DNA of 6,949 nucleotides, taken from Octopus sinensis. Taxonomy: Eukaryota. Each line of letters starts with the position of its first letter. Positions within the stretch are counted from its first letter, which is position 1. The notes under the pieces are model-generated. The model was not told the origin of the DNA. It saw only the letters and a program-made list of their open reading frames with translations, and did not search any database. The position numbers and the translations under genes were made by a program. Below are positions 6,317 to 6,949 of this stretch, in pieces. Where the stretch lies: contig NW_021829046.1 of NCBI RefSeq assembly GCF_006345805.1, forward strand, positions 1 to 6,949, in the 5' to 3' direction.

Positions 6317-6949
6317 TCATAGCGTATTCAGCCGTGGTTTATATTTGTTTGAAGCTCATCGGTGGTTTTGGCAAAGTGAGAAACCTTGGAAACCTTGTAT
6401 ATTCTTTAACTTTTACGCATAACTCTATTTAGTCACTTAGTGGAATCTGTTCAGACGTAGGATGACGTATCTGTTGCCGATGAACTGTCAAACATTATTC
6501 TCGAAATGTGTTACATTCTTCCTGTGTAATGGCCATTAAATCCATTGCATTTAATAGCATAAATAAATTTGTTTACACTGAAGATATCTGGGTAAAAATT
6601 TACAAGAAATTCCGTCTATAAGATTGATGGATGTTCCACAGGGAGGGCGACCACAGGTTTTGGCTTCAAAGCTATAATTTCTAAGGACAATTTGGCACCA
6701 GAAAGTAATTTTTAGGGATCTTAGTCAGATTTTGCTTTTGATTACTTTGTCTTTTGTATATGATTTAAAAAAAATTTTTTTGAGCTTTGTCTCAATAATG
6801 GAATGTTTTCTACGCTTAATGTTGTGTGTTTCCGTATTTCTTGGGTTGTGTGTTTTAATGTAATTTAGAGACTTTGGTATGTTTAAATTGTTTTTCTGTC
6901 CTTAAACCTCGAACGTCTGCTTTGGCATTTTTCACTGTATTATCGATTA
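6317..6949 (-). mobile_element. Penelope-like retroelement remnant: linker plus GIY-YIG endonuclease C-terminus, multiply frameshifted, continuing beyond the window
   Basis: Ordered minus-strand peptides across frames: LNYIKTHNPRNTE (6868-6830), ENIPLLRQSSK, KVIKSK, KLLSGAKL, KTCGRPPCGTSINLIDG (6661-6611), FIYAIKCNGFNGHYTG (6567-6520), TVHRQQIRHPTSEQIPLSD (6488-6432), PRFLTLP, KYKPRLNTL* (stop 6317-6319). This follows the Penelope layout: Cys-rich linker, GIY and YIG motifs, HR helix, terminal P.LN. Confidence 0.85.

Noticed and set aside
6323-6375. Plus-strand micro-exon (ttgtcatag ... aaa/gtgaga)
   Set aside because: It lies within the Penelope coding remnant on the opposite strand, so the splice-like signals are probably coincidental.
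1030-6949. Orientation bias (6 of 7 elements on the minus strand) implying a plus-strand host gene
   Set aside because: Too few elements; two-sided binomial p is about 0.125.

Overview
Repeat-saturated, non-coding eukaryotic DNA with no intact gene. I infer an octopus (coleoid cephalopod) intron or intergenic region, because the SINEs and the (TA)n/(TACA)n/(GA)n/(GATA)n load resemble octopus genomic DNA as I recall it; this is not a database result. Roughly 2 kb is simple repeat, and most listed ORFs are translations of microsatellites or SINEs. The window holds three full-length copies of one tRNA-derived SINE with an internal microsatellite (1030-1456 -, 2362-2780 -, 3448-3924 +), a well-preserved second tRNA-derived SINE (4613-4937 -) and an eroded third (3231-3362 -). 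A decayed mariner transposon (4961-6138 -) keeps both TIRs and its TA duplication, but a ~350 bp insert splits its transposase. The window ends in the frameshifted C-terminal GIY-YIG region of a Penelope-like retroelement (6317-6949 -), which the ORF track misses. I see no convincing new biological system. The best leads are the reconstructable mariner and its palindromic target, the hidden Penelope endonuclease, inverted SINE pairs as possible ADAR substrates, SINE-linked microsatellites, and an unexplained iterated 11-bp motif at 304-719.
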